DNA from: Candidatus Geothermincola primus
GTDB taxonomy: Bacteria > Actinomycetota > Geothermincolia > Geothermincolales > Geothermincolaceae
Direction: 5' to 3'
DNA length: 54,972 nt
NCBI GenBank assembly: GCA_015711725.1
Contig: JACVIX010000003.1
Span: 1-54,972 of the forward strand
Part shown: piece by piece, positions 29,951 through 38,984 of the stretch
Position numbering within the stretch: position 1 is the stretch's first letter
How the letters are laid out: every line of letters starts with the position of its first letter
Notes under the pieces: generated by a model
The model's database searches: none
What the model saw: the letters and a program-made list of their open reading frames with translations, nothing else
What the model was told of the DNA's origin: nothing
Made by a program: the position numbers and the translations under genes

Positions 29951-31437
29951 TCACCTCCCAGATCGTTGCCCTCGCGCGCGGATCTTTTATGATAGATTTT
30001 CAGAAGATGGCGGTCATCTACCCCTTGCCTATAGTAACATCCCATCTTCTCGTCTCTGTTGTCCAGCGAGAATATTCGGTTAAGTAGATACTGGGAAGGT
30101 TCTCCACCTGGTTCAATCTCCGATACCTCCATCACGCGGCGGTTTCCTCTCTGGGTGCGGGACAAGTGGATGATCAGATCCACTGAGCTCTTAATTTGAG
30201 CGGAGATAGAGGATGAAGGAAGCCCCACATTGGCCATGAGCGCCATGGTTTCCAGGCGATAAAGGCATTCTAAAGGGGAATTGGCGTGGACTGTGGAGAG
30301 GGATCCTTCATGTCCGGTGTTCATGGCTTGGAGCATATCCAGAGCCTCTCCGCCTCTCACTTCCCCGATGATGATACGATCAGGCCGCATGCGCAGAGCG
30401 TTGCGCAGAAGGTCCCTGATGGTCACCTCGCCCTTTCCTTCCAGATTAGGAGGCCTGGCTTCCAGGGAAATTACATGGGCTTGTTGCAGCCTTAATTCTG
30501 CCGCGTCCTCTATGGTGATGATGCGCTCCCCAGCGGGTATGAAAGCGGAGAGGGCGTTGAGAAGAGTGGTTTTGCCGCTTCCCGCTCCCCCGGAGATGAC
30601 GATATTTAAACGCTGTTCCACCGCTTTCTGAAGAAAAGCGGAGACTTGAGGGGAGAGGGAGCCTCTGCTCACCAGGTTTTCCATAGTGAGAGGTTTTGCC
30701 GAAAATTTACGGATGGTGATGATCGGGCCCTTCAGGGAGAGAGGAGGAATGATCACGTTAACCCTGGAGCCGTCGGGTAAGCGCGCGTCTACAAAGGGAG
30801 CCGATTCGTCCACCCTCAAACCCAGAGGTCCTACAATTTTTTCGATGAGATAATATACATGTTGGGAATCCTTCAATTTCAAAGGAAGCAATAGCAATCT
30901 CCCTTCTTTCTCCACAAACACTTGATGGGGGCCATTGACCATGATCTCGGTAATCTTTTCATCTTCGAGCAGCGGCTCAAGTGGGCCGAGCCCGATCATC
31001 TCTTCCACCAAGCATTTCACCAATTCCTGCAATTGTGGTGCGGAGAGGAGCAAGCCTTCCTCGCAGACAATCTCTATGGCTTTGTCCCGAAGTTTTCTGG
31101 AGCGCTGCTCCGGCGAGAGTGAGGGATGATACAGGGAATCGCTTTCCGCTTGTATCCGACCTTTGATGTGGTTGAGCAGTATCGGGTCTATCTGCCGATA
31201 TGACCAGTGGGATCCACTTCCCGAGGACGCCAGTTTCCCCAGGGAAAACCGAAGGTAGTTTCCCTCCTTATTTTGTCGATCTGAGTAATTGAATTCTCCT
31301 TCAGCTCTTGAAGACCCCATCTTTGCTTCCGATGATTCCATCTCCACTCCATGTCCTCTGAGACCGCGGCCGAGCGGCCTTCTACTTTGCCACCCTTGCT
31401 CTCGTCTCATAAAGTGATTCTGGTTTAAGTAGGCCAA
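29947..31437 (-). CDS. tadA: Tad ATPase TadA/CpaF
   Basis: GLGPLEPLL.D..ITEIMVNG, VDARLPDGSRVN, GGAGSGKTT, TIEDAAEL, LRMRPDRIIIGEVRG.E, NTGHEGS.STVHAN. True start may be downstream of 31437. Confidence 0.95.
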   Translation of the reverse strand: MAYLNQNHFMRREQGWQSRRPLGRGLRGHGVEMESSEAKMGSSRAEGEFNYSDRQNKEGNYLRFSLGKLASSGSGSHWSYRQIDPILLNHIKGRIQAESDSLYHPSLSPEQRSRKLRDKAIEIVCEEGLLLSAPQLQELVKCLVEEMIGLGPLEPLLEDEKITEIMVNGPHQVFVEKEGRLLLLPLKLKDSQHVYYLIEKIVGPLGLRVDESAPFVDARLPDGSRVNVIIPPLSLKGPIITIRKFSAKPLTMENLVSRGSLSPQVSAFLQKAVEQRLNIVISGGAGSGKTTLLNALSAFIPAGERIITIEDAAELRLQQAHVISLEARPPNLEGKGEVTIRDLLRNALRMRPDRIIIGEVRGGEALDMLQAMNTGHEGSLSTVHANSPLECLYRLETMALMANVGLPSSSISAQIKSSVDLIIHLSRTQRGNRRVMEVSEIEPGGEPSQYLLNRIFSLDNRDEKMGCYYRQGVDDRHLLKIYHKRSAREGNDLGGE

Positions 31438-31449
31438 CTCTTACTTACT

Positions 31450-32280
31450 CTATCCCCAAAGCGCACGCTTAAGGCCGGAGTAGAATCTTCTAGATGTGGC
31501 TTGGGCTGGCTGGTCTATCAGGCCGAGCCTGGACGCCATCCCCGTTATGGCTTCCAGAAAGGGCGAGTTATCCGAGGGCCTTTTCCCCAGGTTGGAGAAG
31601 TTTTCCGCCGCTTGAGGGTCTTCGGGCAAGATCGCCACCAGGGGAATTTGCAGCGCATCGGTTATTTGGTGAGGCCTGATAAGGGTGGCGCGGCTAAAAC
31701 CATTTATCACCAGCCCCCATCTCTGACTCCCAATTCCTTTCACTCGTTCTACCAGCTCCTGATTTCGGAGGGCACAATGGAGGGAGAGCAGGTCTGGGCG
31801 GGTTATAAGCAAGATCAATTCACAGGGGTTAAGCGCCCCATTGACCATCATATGGTGATTGGAAGAGACGTCGATCAGGATTAAATCGTAGTGGCGAGAA
31901 AGGTGTTCGTATATAACGTTCAGTTTTTCGCTGGTGAGCAGCCCTTCTTCTTCGGGAACCCTGAATCCGGGCAGCAGGTGAAACCCCATGGGGTGTTCCC
32001 TGATCAGATGTTGCAATGCGTCGGCGCCATTCTCTCCGATGAGCATGATTAGGTTGGAGATACCGGGAAATCCATTCTTTTCAAAGGAACACCTGTGTGA
32101 TGAGTTGCTATCTAAGTCCAGCATTAGAAGTTTTCTCTCTCGAGAGATCACCGAGGCGAGGGTAGCGGCGAACATGCTCACGCCCGAGCCGCCTTTAGCT
32201 CCCATCATTCCTAAAAATAGGGTTGTGGGTCGTCTTCCTTCCTCCGCCAAACCCTTAATAACTTGTGTTTCCATCGACAT
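31450..32280 (-). CDS. TadZ/CpaE-like (MinD/ParA-family) pilus localisation protein
   Basis: Deviant Walker A GAKGGSGVS, LMLDLD, YDLILID, PDLLSL, LVING; first gene of the tad operon; ATG after GAGGAGG. Confidence 0.82.
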   Translation of the reverse strand: MSMETQVIKGLAEEGRRPTTLFLGMMGAKGGSGVSMFAATLASVISRERKLLMLDLDSNSSHRCSFEKNGFPGISNLIMLIGENGADALQHLIREHPMGFHLLPGFRVPEEEGLLTSEKLNVIYEHLSRHYDLILIDVSSNHHMMVNGALNPCELILLITRPDLLSLHCALRNQELVERVKGIGSQRWGLVINGFSRATLIRPHQITDALQIPLVAILPEDPQAAENFSNLGKRPSDNSPFLEAITGMASRLGLIDQPAQATSRRFYSGLKRALWG

Positions 32281-32469
32281 GGTCCTCCTCATAATGTTAA
32301 TCATCATAGCTAACATACTTTATATATATATTATAGTTATTATAACATAATTATTTAATTGTCAATATTTATAAACTTAATAATTTTATATAACTAAATC
32401 ATTCATAACCATTCGCCCTCTTAAAGGAGTCCTCGTATGGGTAAAGGGATACTGGCAGCGCGAAGTGTG

Positions 32470-32565
32470 TATTAGGTGTGTATTAGGGAACAGATAACTT
32501 CGATATTTTCCCTCCAGGAAAAAGCTGTAAACAAGATATTAGGTGTGTATTAGGGAACAGATAAC
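32470..32565. repeat. 29-bp direct repeat with 38-bp spacer
   Basis: tattaggtgtgtattagggaacagataac at 32470-32498 and 32537-32565. Confidence 0.9.
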
Positions 32566-32702
32566 CCATCTCAAGGGGCGTTTTGTCCTGGAAAGATAAC
32601 CCATCTCAAGGGGCGTTTTGTCCTGGAAAGATAACCCATCTCAAGGGGCGTTTTGTCCTGGAAAGATAACCCATCTCAAGGGGCGTTTTGTCCTGGAAAG
32701 AT
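32559..32702. repeat. Perfect 35-bp tandem repeat x4 (VNTR, no spacers)
   Basis: gataacccatctcaaggggcgttttgtcctggaaa starting at 32560, 32595, 32630 and 32665. Confidence 0.97.
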
Positions 32703-33103
32703 GGGAAGGGATACCCGCGCGAAGCTGACGTGGAAAAATCTTTTTCAGCATATTTTTCAGTATATAAAAATTTTTATGCCTCCTAAGACACGCGGCGCTT
32801 ATCATAAAGAAACTTTCCTGAAGGGCTCCTTCGGCGTTTTTTCACGCGCATGCCTTCCGGTTCTAGAGTCATGATTTATTTATGATTTATTTACAGTAGA
32901 GTAAGAAGGTAGGACGGACATAGAGGCAGGCGGGTTAAGAGGGCATAGGGTATGCCCATACATTCACTGTGATGCCCCATTGGTTTATAATAAGCATAAA
33001 ATAGCGGAATGCAATCCAACGTGGATGCTTAATCGATGATAGAACTTTTAAAGATGAACTTTTACGAAAGTCGACGTAGCGATTGATCCGAAGGGGTTTT
33101 TAA

Positions 33104-33388
33104 GTGAGAGTCCACCCCCAGAGCCAAGCCACAGGCAGGTGCCACGTTCGCAACCAGCCTTTCTGTTCCGATAGCTTCAGGAGCACGGGGCGGAACCAAT
33201 TATGTGATTATTGTTACAATAAGCGTTATTTGAAGATAATGTCTGTATATGATGATAGAACCACGCCCGCGGGGGTAACTCTCAATGCGTGGGAAGAAGA
33301 GACTGGCTGGATGCCGACGGAAAAAGACCTTCACAACCTCATCTTATCCTGGGGGAGGGGAAAATATGGAAAGCTCACCTCAGCCTAA
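33104..33388 (+). pseudogene. Degenerate B-box-type zinc finger ORF (possible pseudogene)
   Basis: VHP..QATGRCHVRNQPFCSDS......LCDYCY matches bacterial B-box spacing with several expected Cys lost. Confidence 0.4.
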
Positions 33389-34478
33389 TGAGAAGACAGG
33401 GAAAGAACCGGATGGAGCTGGGATGAATCTGGATGATCCTGGGGATAGCGACGGCGTGAAAAAAAGAATGGGCCTCGCCAGGTTTCCCCTCTTTTCCCGG
33501 AAAAAAAAGAAGAAAAAGGGAGAAGGAAAGGAGGGTGCCGGCGGAGAGTCGGAAGGAACCGTTTTTGAGGAAGGGCCAGATTACGATTTCTCCATGCTAA
33601 ATGAGGAAAGCGCGGAGAAAAGGCCCATTATCTCCAGTTTAGGGGCGAAGGGGGAGGATAAGGCCGCTCCTGGAATTGAGCCTGCCGTGGAAGAAACTTC
33701 TACATCCCCAGAGGAAGCGCCCGCGGAAAGGGACGTGGACGCGCTTTTACGAGACGTTTTACCTTCTCTGGTGGATGATTCGGTGGTGGGAAAGATGGAA
33801 AAATCCGCGGGAGGCGCGGTGGGGATTGCCCCCACCTTAAAGGATATGGAGGAAGCGGAGCGTGCCAGGTTAGAGGGGTTGGAGAAAGAGGCGTTGAAGG
33901 AGGAGAAGAGGAAGAGACGGGAGGAGCGTTGGGGTTTCCTAGCCCAGCCCCGGTCCCAGGATTCCACCTTCATCGCTTTTACCAAACCCAAGGCGACCCT
34001 CTTCATTTTCTTTATGCTGATGCTGGGTACCCTGCTCTGGGCGTTGCCCAACGCTTTTCTTATCCCCAAAGATACCGAGTACGTAGTTCACGCGGTGGCT
34101 ATAGGAATAGTGATTGGCCTGCTCTTTTGGTGGAAGGCGGGGAAAAAACACAGCACCAAACTCGCCGTTCAATCCGCTCTCACCACCCTGTTTTCCCTGA
34201 TTATAGGGGAGTTGCTCCACTGGATCTTCGTGGTTCTGGGGACCTCCGCCTTTCGCAAAGTCTTTTTCGATCTCATCTCCTTTCAGTTTCTCTGGAACCG
34301 AAGCGTGCTCTCCGCCGTGGGCAGCGCCATGTATCCGCTCTCCTATTTATGGATATTGATTCCCGCTTCGCTGGTGGCTTTTATTATCGGCTTCGGGATG
34401 CCGCCCATACCGGAGATCTTCCTGCAGTTGTGGGATGCTCTCCGAGGAGGGAAAGAGCCGGAGAAAGGTGAGCCTTGA
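33366..34478 (+). CDS. Hypothetical membrane protein (acidic low-complexity N-half, about 4 C-terminal TM helices)
   Basis: ATG at 33366 after GGGGAGG; long E/K/G/P-rich region followed by hydrophobic segments. Confidence 0.75.
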   Translation: MESSPQPNEKTGKEPDGAGMNLDDPGDSDGVKKRMGLARFPLFSRKKKKKKGEGKEGAGGESEGTVFEEGPDYDFSMLNEESAEKRPIISSLGAKGEDKAAPGIEPAVEETSTSPEEAPAERDVDALLRDVLPSLVDDSVVGKMEKSAGGAVGIAPTLKDMEEAERARLEGLEKEALKEEKRKRREERWGFLAQPRSQDSTFIAFTKPKATLFIFFMLMLGTLLWALPNAFLIPKDTEYVVHAVAIGIVIGLLFWWKAGKKHSTKLAVQSALTTLFSLIIGELLHWIFVVLGTSAFRKVFFDLISFQFLWNRSVLSAVGSAMYPLSYLWILIPASLVAFIIGFGMPPIPEIFLQLWDALRGGKEPEKGEP

Positions 34479-34500
34479 GAGTCATAAAAAGGGAGAAAGC

Positions 34501-34845
34501 ATGAAGATAGAGGTAAAAGATATTGGAGAAGACAGGCAGGTTACCATTATGGAGATGGACGGAGTCATCGACTCCACCAACTTGGAGGAATTTTTTAAGA
34601 AGGTAAGCATGGTGTTCAAGGGAGGGGCTATCAATATTATAATGGATCTCTCCCACACCAGCTACATATCCAGTGGTGGTCTATCCGTGATCACGGACGC
34701 TTTTAAGAAAGCGGGAGACCGTGGGGGGAAGTTGGTCATCTCCTGCGCTAGCGAATCCGTCAGGGAACTTTTTAGGGTCATCAGGTTCGATCGAGTTATC
34801 GAGTTCTATCAAGATTTAGATTCCGCTATCAAGTCCTTCGCTTGA
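34501..34845 (+). CDS. Anti-sigma factor antagonist (STAS domain, RsbV/SpoIIAA-like)
   Basis: G.IDS, IIMDLS..SYISSGGL (phosphorylatable Ser), GGKLVI, VRELFRV. Confidence 0.9.
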   Translation: MKIEVKDIGEDRQVTIMEMDGVIDSTNLEEFFKKVSMVFKGGAINIIMDLSHTSYISSGGLSVITDAFKKAGDRGGKLVISCASESVRELFRVIRFDRVIEFYQDLDSAIKSFA

Positions 34846-35085
34846 AAAGCTTAATCGGAAAAGTTAAAAAATATTTTAGGCGCGGCGTAGCTTGGGGACA
34901 TCTTGGCGCCGTAAGACTTATGCCAGGCTTGGGAAGGAAGCCGGTTTCAAGGAAGCGGAAAACATATCGGATAATACATTTATACAAACCTCGCTAGATG
35001 TGAGGACAAGTTCACTTTGGGTCAATTTATTTTTGACCTTTTCCGTCTATTTAGTTTCGCTCAACATGTAGAAGGGAGAAAATGA

Positions 35086-36231
35086 TTGATCAAGGATATC
35101 TATCTGGATAATGCCGCAACCACTTATCCCAAGCCCGACTTGGTATACCGGGCTATGGATTCTTTCGCCCGAGAAGTGGGGGGAAGCCCAGGGCGTAGCG
35201 GGCATGAGAGGGCTTTGGAGAGCGGTAGGGAAGTTCTGCGCGCACGGGAGGTGCTGGCAAAGCTACTGGGAGTGGGGGATTCTTCCCGCATTATCTTTAC
35301 CAAGAACGCTACCGAGTCCCTCAACTTGGCCATTAAAGGAGTGGTCAAGCCGGGAGGGCACGTGATTATCTCCTCCCTTGAACATAACTCGGTGTTGAGG
35401 CCCATCGCCTCTCTCAAGCAGGAATGGGGAGTGGAGTATACGGTGGTTCCGTGCAGGAAAGATGGAAGCCTGGATCTGGACGCTCTAGCCTCCTCCATTC
35501 GCCCTAATACCCAACTTTTAGTTTTCACTCATGCTTCCAACGTTGTGGGAACGCTGATGCCCTTAGGTAAGTTGGTGGAAATAGCCAATAAAAACAATCT
35601 ACCCTTGCTCGTCGACGCGGCGCAGACCGCGGGGAGATACCCTCTGAATGTGGAGGAGGAAGGAATCCAGCTATTGGCCTTCACTGGGCATAAAGAACTT
35701 TTTGGGCCCCAAGGAACCGGGGGTCTCTATATTTCTCCGGAACTAGACCTACATCCTCTGATGGAAGGGGGGACAGGTAGCGATTCAGAATCGGCGCATC
35801 AGCCCTATTTCCTGCCTGACCGCTACGAATCGGGAACTCTCAACGCTTTTGGTATTGCCGGCTTGAGGGCTGGGGTGGAATATATCATGGGGGAAGGGTT
35901 GGAAAAAATCAGGGAGCACGAGAAAGTGCTTACCCAACACCTTCTGGAAGGATTAACTAAATTACATAATGTAAAATTATATGGTTCTACTGATTGGGAT
36001 AGAAGGGTAGGAATTGTCTCCTTTAACGTGGAGGGTTACAGCTCGGCGGAAACAGCATCCATATTGAACGAGAAGTACAGGATAGCGGTGCGCGGAGGAT
36101 TACATTGTTCTCCCCTAGCTCATCAAACCATTGGCACTTTGGGACGGGGAACCGTGCGGGTGGGGCTTAGCTATCTCAACACCATGGATGATGTGGATTG
36201 TCTTCTAGACGCCATTAAAGACTTCGCCTGA
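35086..36231 (+). CDS. Class-V PLP aminotransferase, cysteine desulfurase family
   Basis: IYLDNAATT, FTKNATESLN, LEHNS, HASNVVG, VDAAQ, FTGHK, GGTGS, ESGT, RGGLHC (group II catalytic Cys). Confidence 0.9.
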   Translation: MIKDIYLDNAATTYPKPDLVYRAMDSFAREVGGSPGRSGHERALESGREVLRAREVLAKLLGVGDSSRIIFTKNATESLNLAIKGVVKPGGHVIISSLEHNSVLRPIASLKQEWGVEYTVVPCRKDGSLDLDALASSIRPNTQLLVFTHASNVVGTLMPLGKLVEIANKNNLPLLVDAAQTAGRYPLNVEEEGIQLLAFTGHKELFGPQGTGGLYISPELDLHPLMEGGTGSDSESAHQPYFLPDRYESGTLNAFGIAGLRAGVEYIMGEGLEKIREHEKVLTQHLLEGLTKLHNVKLYGSTDWDRRVGIVSFNVEGYSSAETASILNEKYRIAVRGGLHCSPLAHQTIGTLGRGTVRVGLSYLNTMDDVDCLLDAIKDFA

Positions 36232-36367
36232 AAGATATTGCCGTCAATTTTTCTCAATGCTACGCGAGGGAACAAGGGAGCCATTCACCTATGAGAAAAA
36301 GTTTGAGTAGATGTATCCCCTGCGGCTGCAAAATCGCTTGGTGGATAATTTATACCAAACTTTATCA

Positions 36368-37414
36368 TCAGAATATGCGGATGATGAGGTCTCCCTTCTC
36401 GTCAACCCTTGTTTCGGCAGCCAACTCTTCCCCGCGCACGCTTTCATAGTAACCTAAAATTCTTCCTGCCGCCAAATGAGGATTGAAGGGGCTTTTCAGC
36501 CTCAATTCTATCCCATCTCCCTCTTCTATGGTGAGGAGACCCATTCCGAAAGCGGCTAGCATAGCGCTGGACTCCGTAGGACTTTTACGGAGATGAGGAA
36601 AGGCGGTGAAAATCTCCCTGGCGTGCTCCCTCTCCAGCTGCGCCAACCGCATATAGACATGTTCCCCCATCTCTTCTGCAAGGAGGTCAAGGATGAGATC
36701 GATGGTCATGGTGTTGATCATGATTATCCTTCTGCCCGTGACCAAATCATAGATGCTGCCCTCATCCAGATCCCAGTTGATTCGGGCAATATGCTTGGGG
36801 ACGCAGCATTCAGGGCAACGTTGGATTTCCCTATATTCTTCGTGTGGCTGTTTATAAATATCTCCTGGTGTAATTTCTTCCCCCAATTCATCCGCTTCCC
36901 CCATGTGGGCAAGTAGCTCTAAAACCCCATTTTCGCAGTCACCCTCCCATTCATAGACGAAGGGTTGGCCCTCCAAGGCCTCCAGGGACCCCTGGAATTT
37001 TCCACAGATCAGGGGAATACAGGCGATATTTTCCAGTTCCAAGCGAAGGCTTTCGCCCCGGTGGTAATGGCTCGTTTGGGGTGAGGCTAATCCCCAGATT
37101 TTGGCATGATCGCAGAACAGTTCCAGGAATTTTTCGCTATGCAAGTAGGAGGAATTCCTGTCAAGAGTCATATTTATCAGGCTTCGTGCGAAGTGCCTAT
37201 AGGTTCTGCGGGATCCCTCCGCGATAAAACCATCTAAGCCCGCCCCCAACTGCTCGGAGAGCCTTTCGAAGATTTCCACGAACTCGTGCGCGTCGTAGAA
37301 GAGTGGGCGAAGCGTGGGAAGATCCTTGTAGTAGATATGCCCGTGAGCACACCACTTGACCCTTTCGCCAATCATCAATGGGGTGCCACATTTGGAACAA
37401 GTTACGACAGGCAT
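36368..37414 (-). CDS. Hypothetical protein with two CxxC-led internal repeats (V4R/XylR-N-like)
   Basis: CSKCGTP...W...GHIY and CPECCVP...W...GSIY repeat units, each followed by a similar helical region. Confidence 0.7.
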   Translation of the reverse strand: MPVVTCSKCGTPLMIGERVKWCAHGHIYYKDLPTLRPLFYDAHEFVEIFERLSEQLGAGLDGFIAEGSRRTYRHFARSLINMTLDRNSSYLHSEKFLELFCDHAKIWGLASPQTSHYHRGESLRLELENIACIPLICGKFQGSLEALEGQPFVYEWEGDCENGVLELLAHMGEADELGEEITPGDIYKQPHEEYREIQRCPECCVPKHIARINWDLDEGSIYDLVTGRRIIMINTMTIDLILDLLAEEMGEHVYMRLAQLEREHAREIFTAFPHLRKSPTESSAMLAAFGMGLLTIEEGDGIELRLKSPFNPHLAAGRILGYYESVRGEELAAETRVDEKGDLIIRIF

Positions 37415-37440
37415 ATCTCTTCCTTCCGCCAGGAAAATGA

Positions 37441-37491
37441 ATACGCGATCCTAATTTGAAGCCCGATACGCGATCCTAATTTGGAAGCCCG
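37441..37491. repeat. 25/26-bp tandem duplication
   Basis: atacgcgatcctaatttgaagcccg followed by atacgcgatcctaatttggaagcccg. Confidence 0.9.
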
Positions 37492-37835
37492 CTTTCCAAT
37501 AATCTTAACATAAATTATCTAATCTGGGTCGAATTCTTTGGGTGGTTCTTTGTTCGCAAGCATATGCGATTGGATTAAACCCCCTTCTAAATACTCTTAA
37601 CCTTTATGGTTTCCGCGGATGGCGCGAAGCTAGGGGCAAAACACGAGCCCAACTAGCGATTAGGGGGGAATGAGATGGATTTAAGAAAGGGCTCCACATA
37701 GATGCTGATTTCTCTTTCGCCTGTCGCCCGCCTTCCCTATAATATTTTAAGATTGCGCAGATATCGGTTGTGATATAGTGAGATTGATTGGGAGATCGAG
37801 AGTTGCCTTCGGATGGTTTTATTAAGTGGTGAGCG

Positions 37836-38984
37836 ATGGGGAAAGCGTTAGTGCTACTGGAAGATGGGAAATATTTCACCGGCACCCCCTTCGGGGTGAC
37901 CGGCGAACGCTTCGGTGAACTGGTCTTCAACACCAGCATGACCGGTTATCAGGAGATCCTCACCGACCCCTCGTACAAGGGACAGATCGTGGCTATGACC
38001 TATCCCCAGATAGGCAACTACGGGATCAATGAGGAGGACTTGGAGTCGGAAAGACCCCAGGTAGAGGGGTTTGTGGTCAAGGAGTGCTGTCGTTATCCCT
38101 CTAACTGGCGTTCGGTTATGTCCCTGGATGAGTATTTGGTGGAGCACAGAATTGTGGGAGTGGAGGGGGTGGACACCCGGGCGCTTACTCTTCATATCCG
38201 TTCTCGGGGGGCGATGAAATGCGTGATCTCCACTGAGGATACCGACCTTTACTCGCTGAAAGCCAGACTGGAGGCGGCTCCGGGCATTGTGGGAAGGGAT
38301 CTGGTCAAAGAGGTAACCTGTGCGGAACCCTACCGCTGGGAAGGTGAACCACTACCACCTTTAGGAAGTGGCATTATACCAGAGGTGCCCGTAGCCAAGG
38401 AAAGACCTTTGAAGGTGGTGGCTTTCGACTGTGGCATCAAACGCAATATTTTGAGGATACTTTCCGCATTGAATTGCGAGGTTCTGGTGGTGCCAGCTTT
38501 TACCAAAGCCAGCAAGGTGCTGGAGATGGGTCCGGATGGGATATTTCTATCTAATGGTCCAGGTGACCCCGAGGGAGTTCCTTACCTTATCGAAGAGGTA
38601 CGCAAACTGATCGGGGTAAAACCCATCATGGGAATCTGCCTAGGTCATCAGATATTGGGGCTGGCCTTGGGAGGAAAAACCTTCAAGCTCAAGTTTGGAC
38701 ATCGAGGAGCAAACCAGCCGGTTAAAGATCTGCGTAGGGGAAATATTCTCATCACCGCGCAGAATCACGGTTTTTGCGTGGATATAGAAAGCGTCTCCCG
38801 GGTGGCGGAGCCAACCTTCGTGAACCTGAACGACGGTACCCTGGAGGGTATGCGTCACCGTATTTATCCTGCGTACTCCGTCCAATACCATCCGGAGGAC
38901 TCCCCTGGGCCCCACGACGCGCTCTATCTCTTCGGGGATTTCATCAGAGCCATGTGGGCGAAGCGGGGTGAGCCCCATGCCTAG
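37836..38984 (+). CDS. carA: Carbamoyl-phosphate synthase small subunit
   Basis: [51 protein letters not shown]. Confidence 0.98.
   Translation: MGKALVLLEDGKYFTGTPFGVTGERFGELVFNTSMTGYQEILTDPSYKGQIVAMTYPQIGNYGINEEDLESERPQVEGFVVKECCRYPSNWRSVMSLDEYLVEHRIVGVEGVDTRALTLHIRSRGAMKCVISTEDTDLYSLKARLEAAPGIVGRDLVKEVTCAEPYRWEGEPLPPLGSGIIPEVPVAKERPLKVVAFDCGIKRNILRILSALNCEVLVVPAFTKASKVLEMGPDGIFLSNGPGDPEGVPYLIEEVRKLIGVKPIMGICLGHQILGLALGGKTFKLKFGHRGANQPVKDLRRGNILITAQNHGFCVDIESVSRVAEPTFVNLNDGTLEGMRHRIYPAYSVQYHPEDSPGPHDALYLFGDFIRAMWAKRGEPHA

Noticed and set aside
32559-32702. 35-bp repeats as a CRISPR array
   Set aside because: Copies are head-to-tail with no spacers, and there are no cas genes in the window.
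37500-37835. PyrR attenuator or ARG boxes before carA
   Set aside because: No AGTCCAGAGAGGCT-like loop, leader terminator or convincing ARG palindrome was seen.
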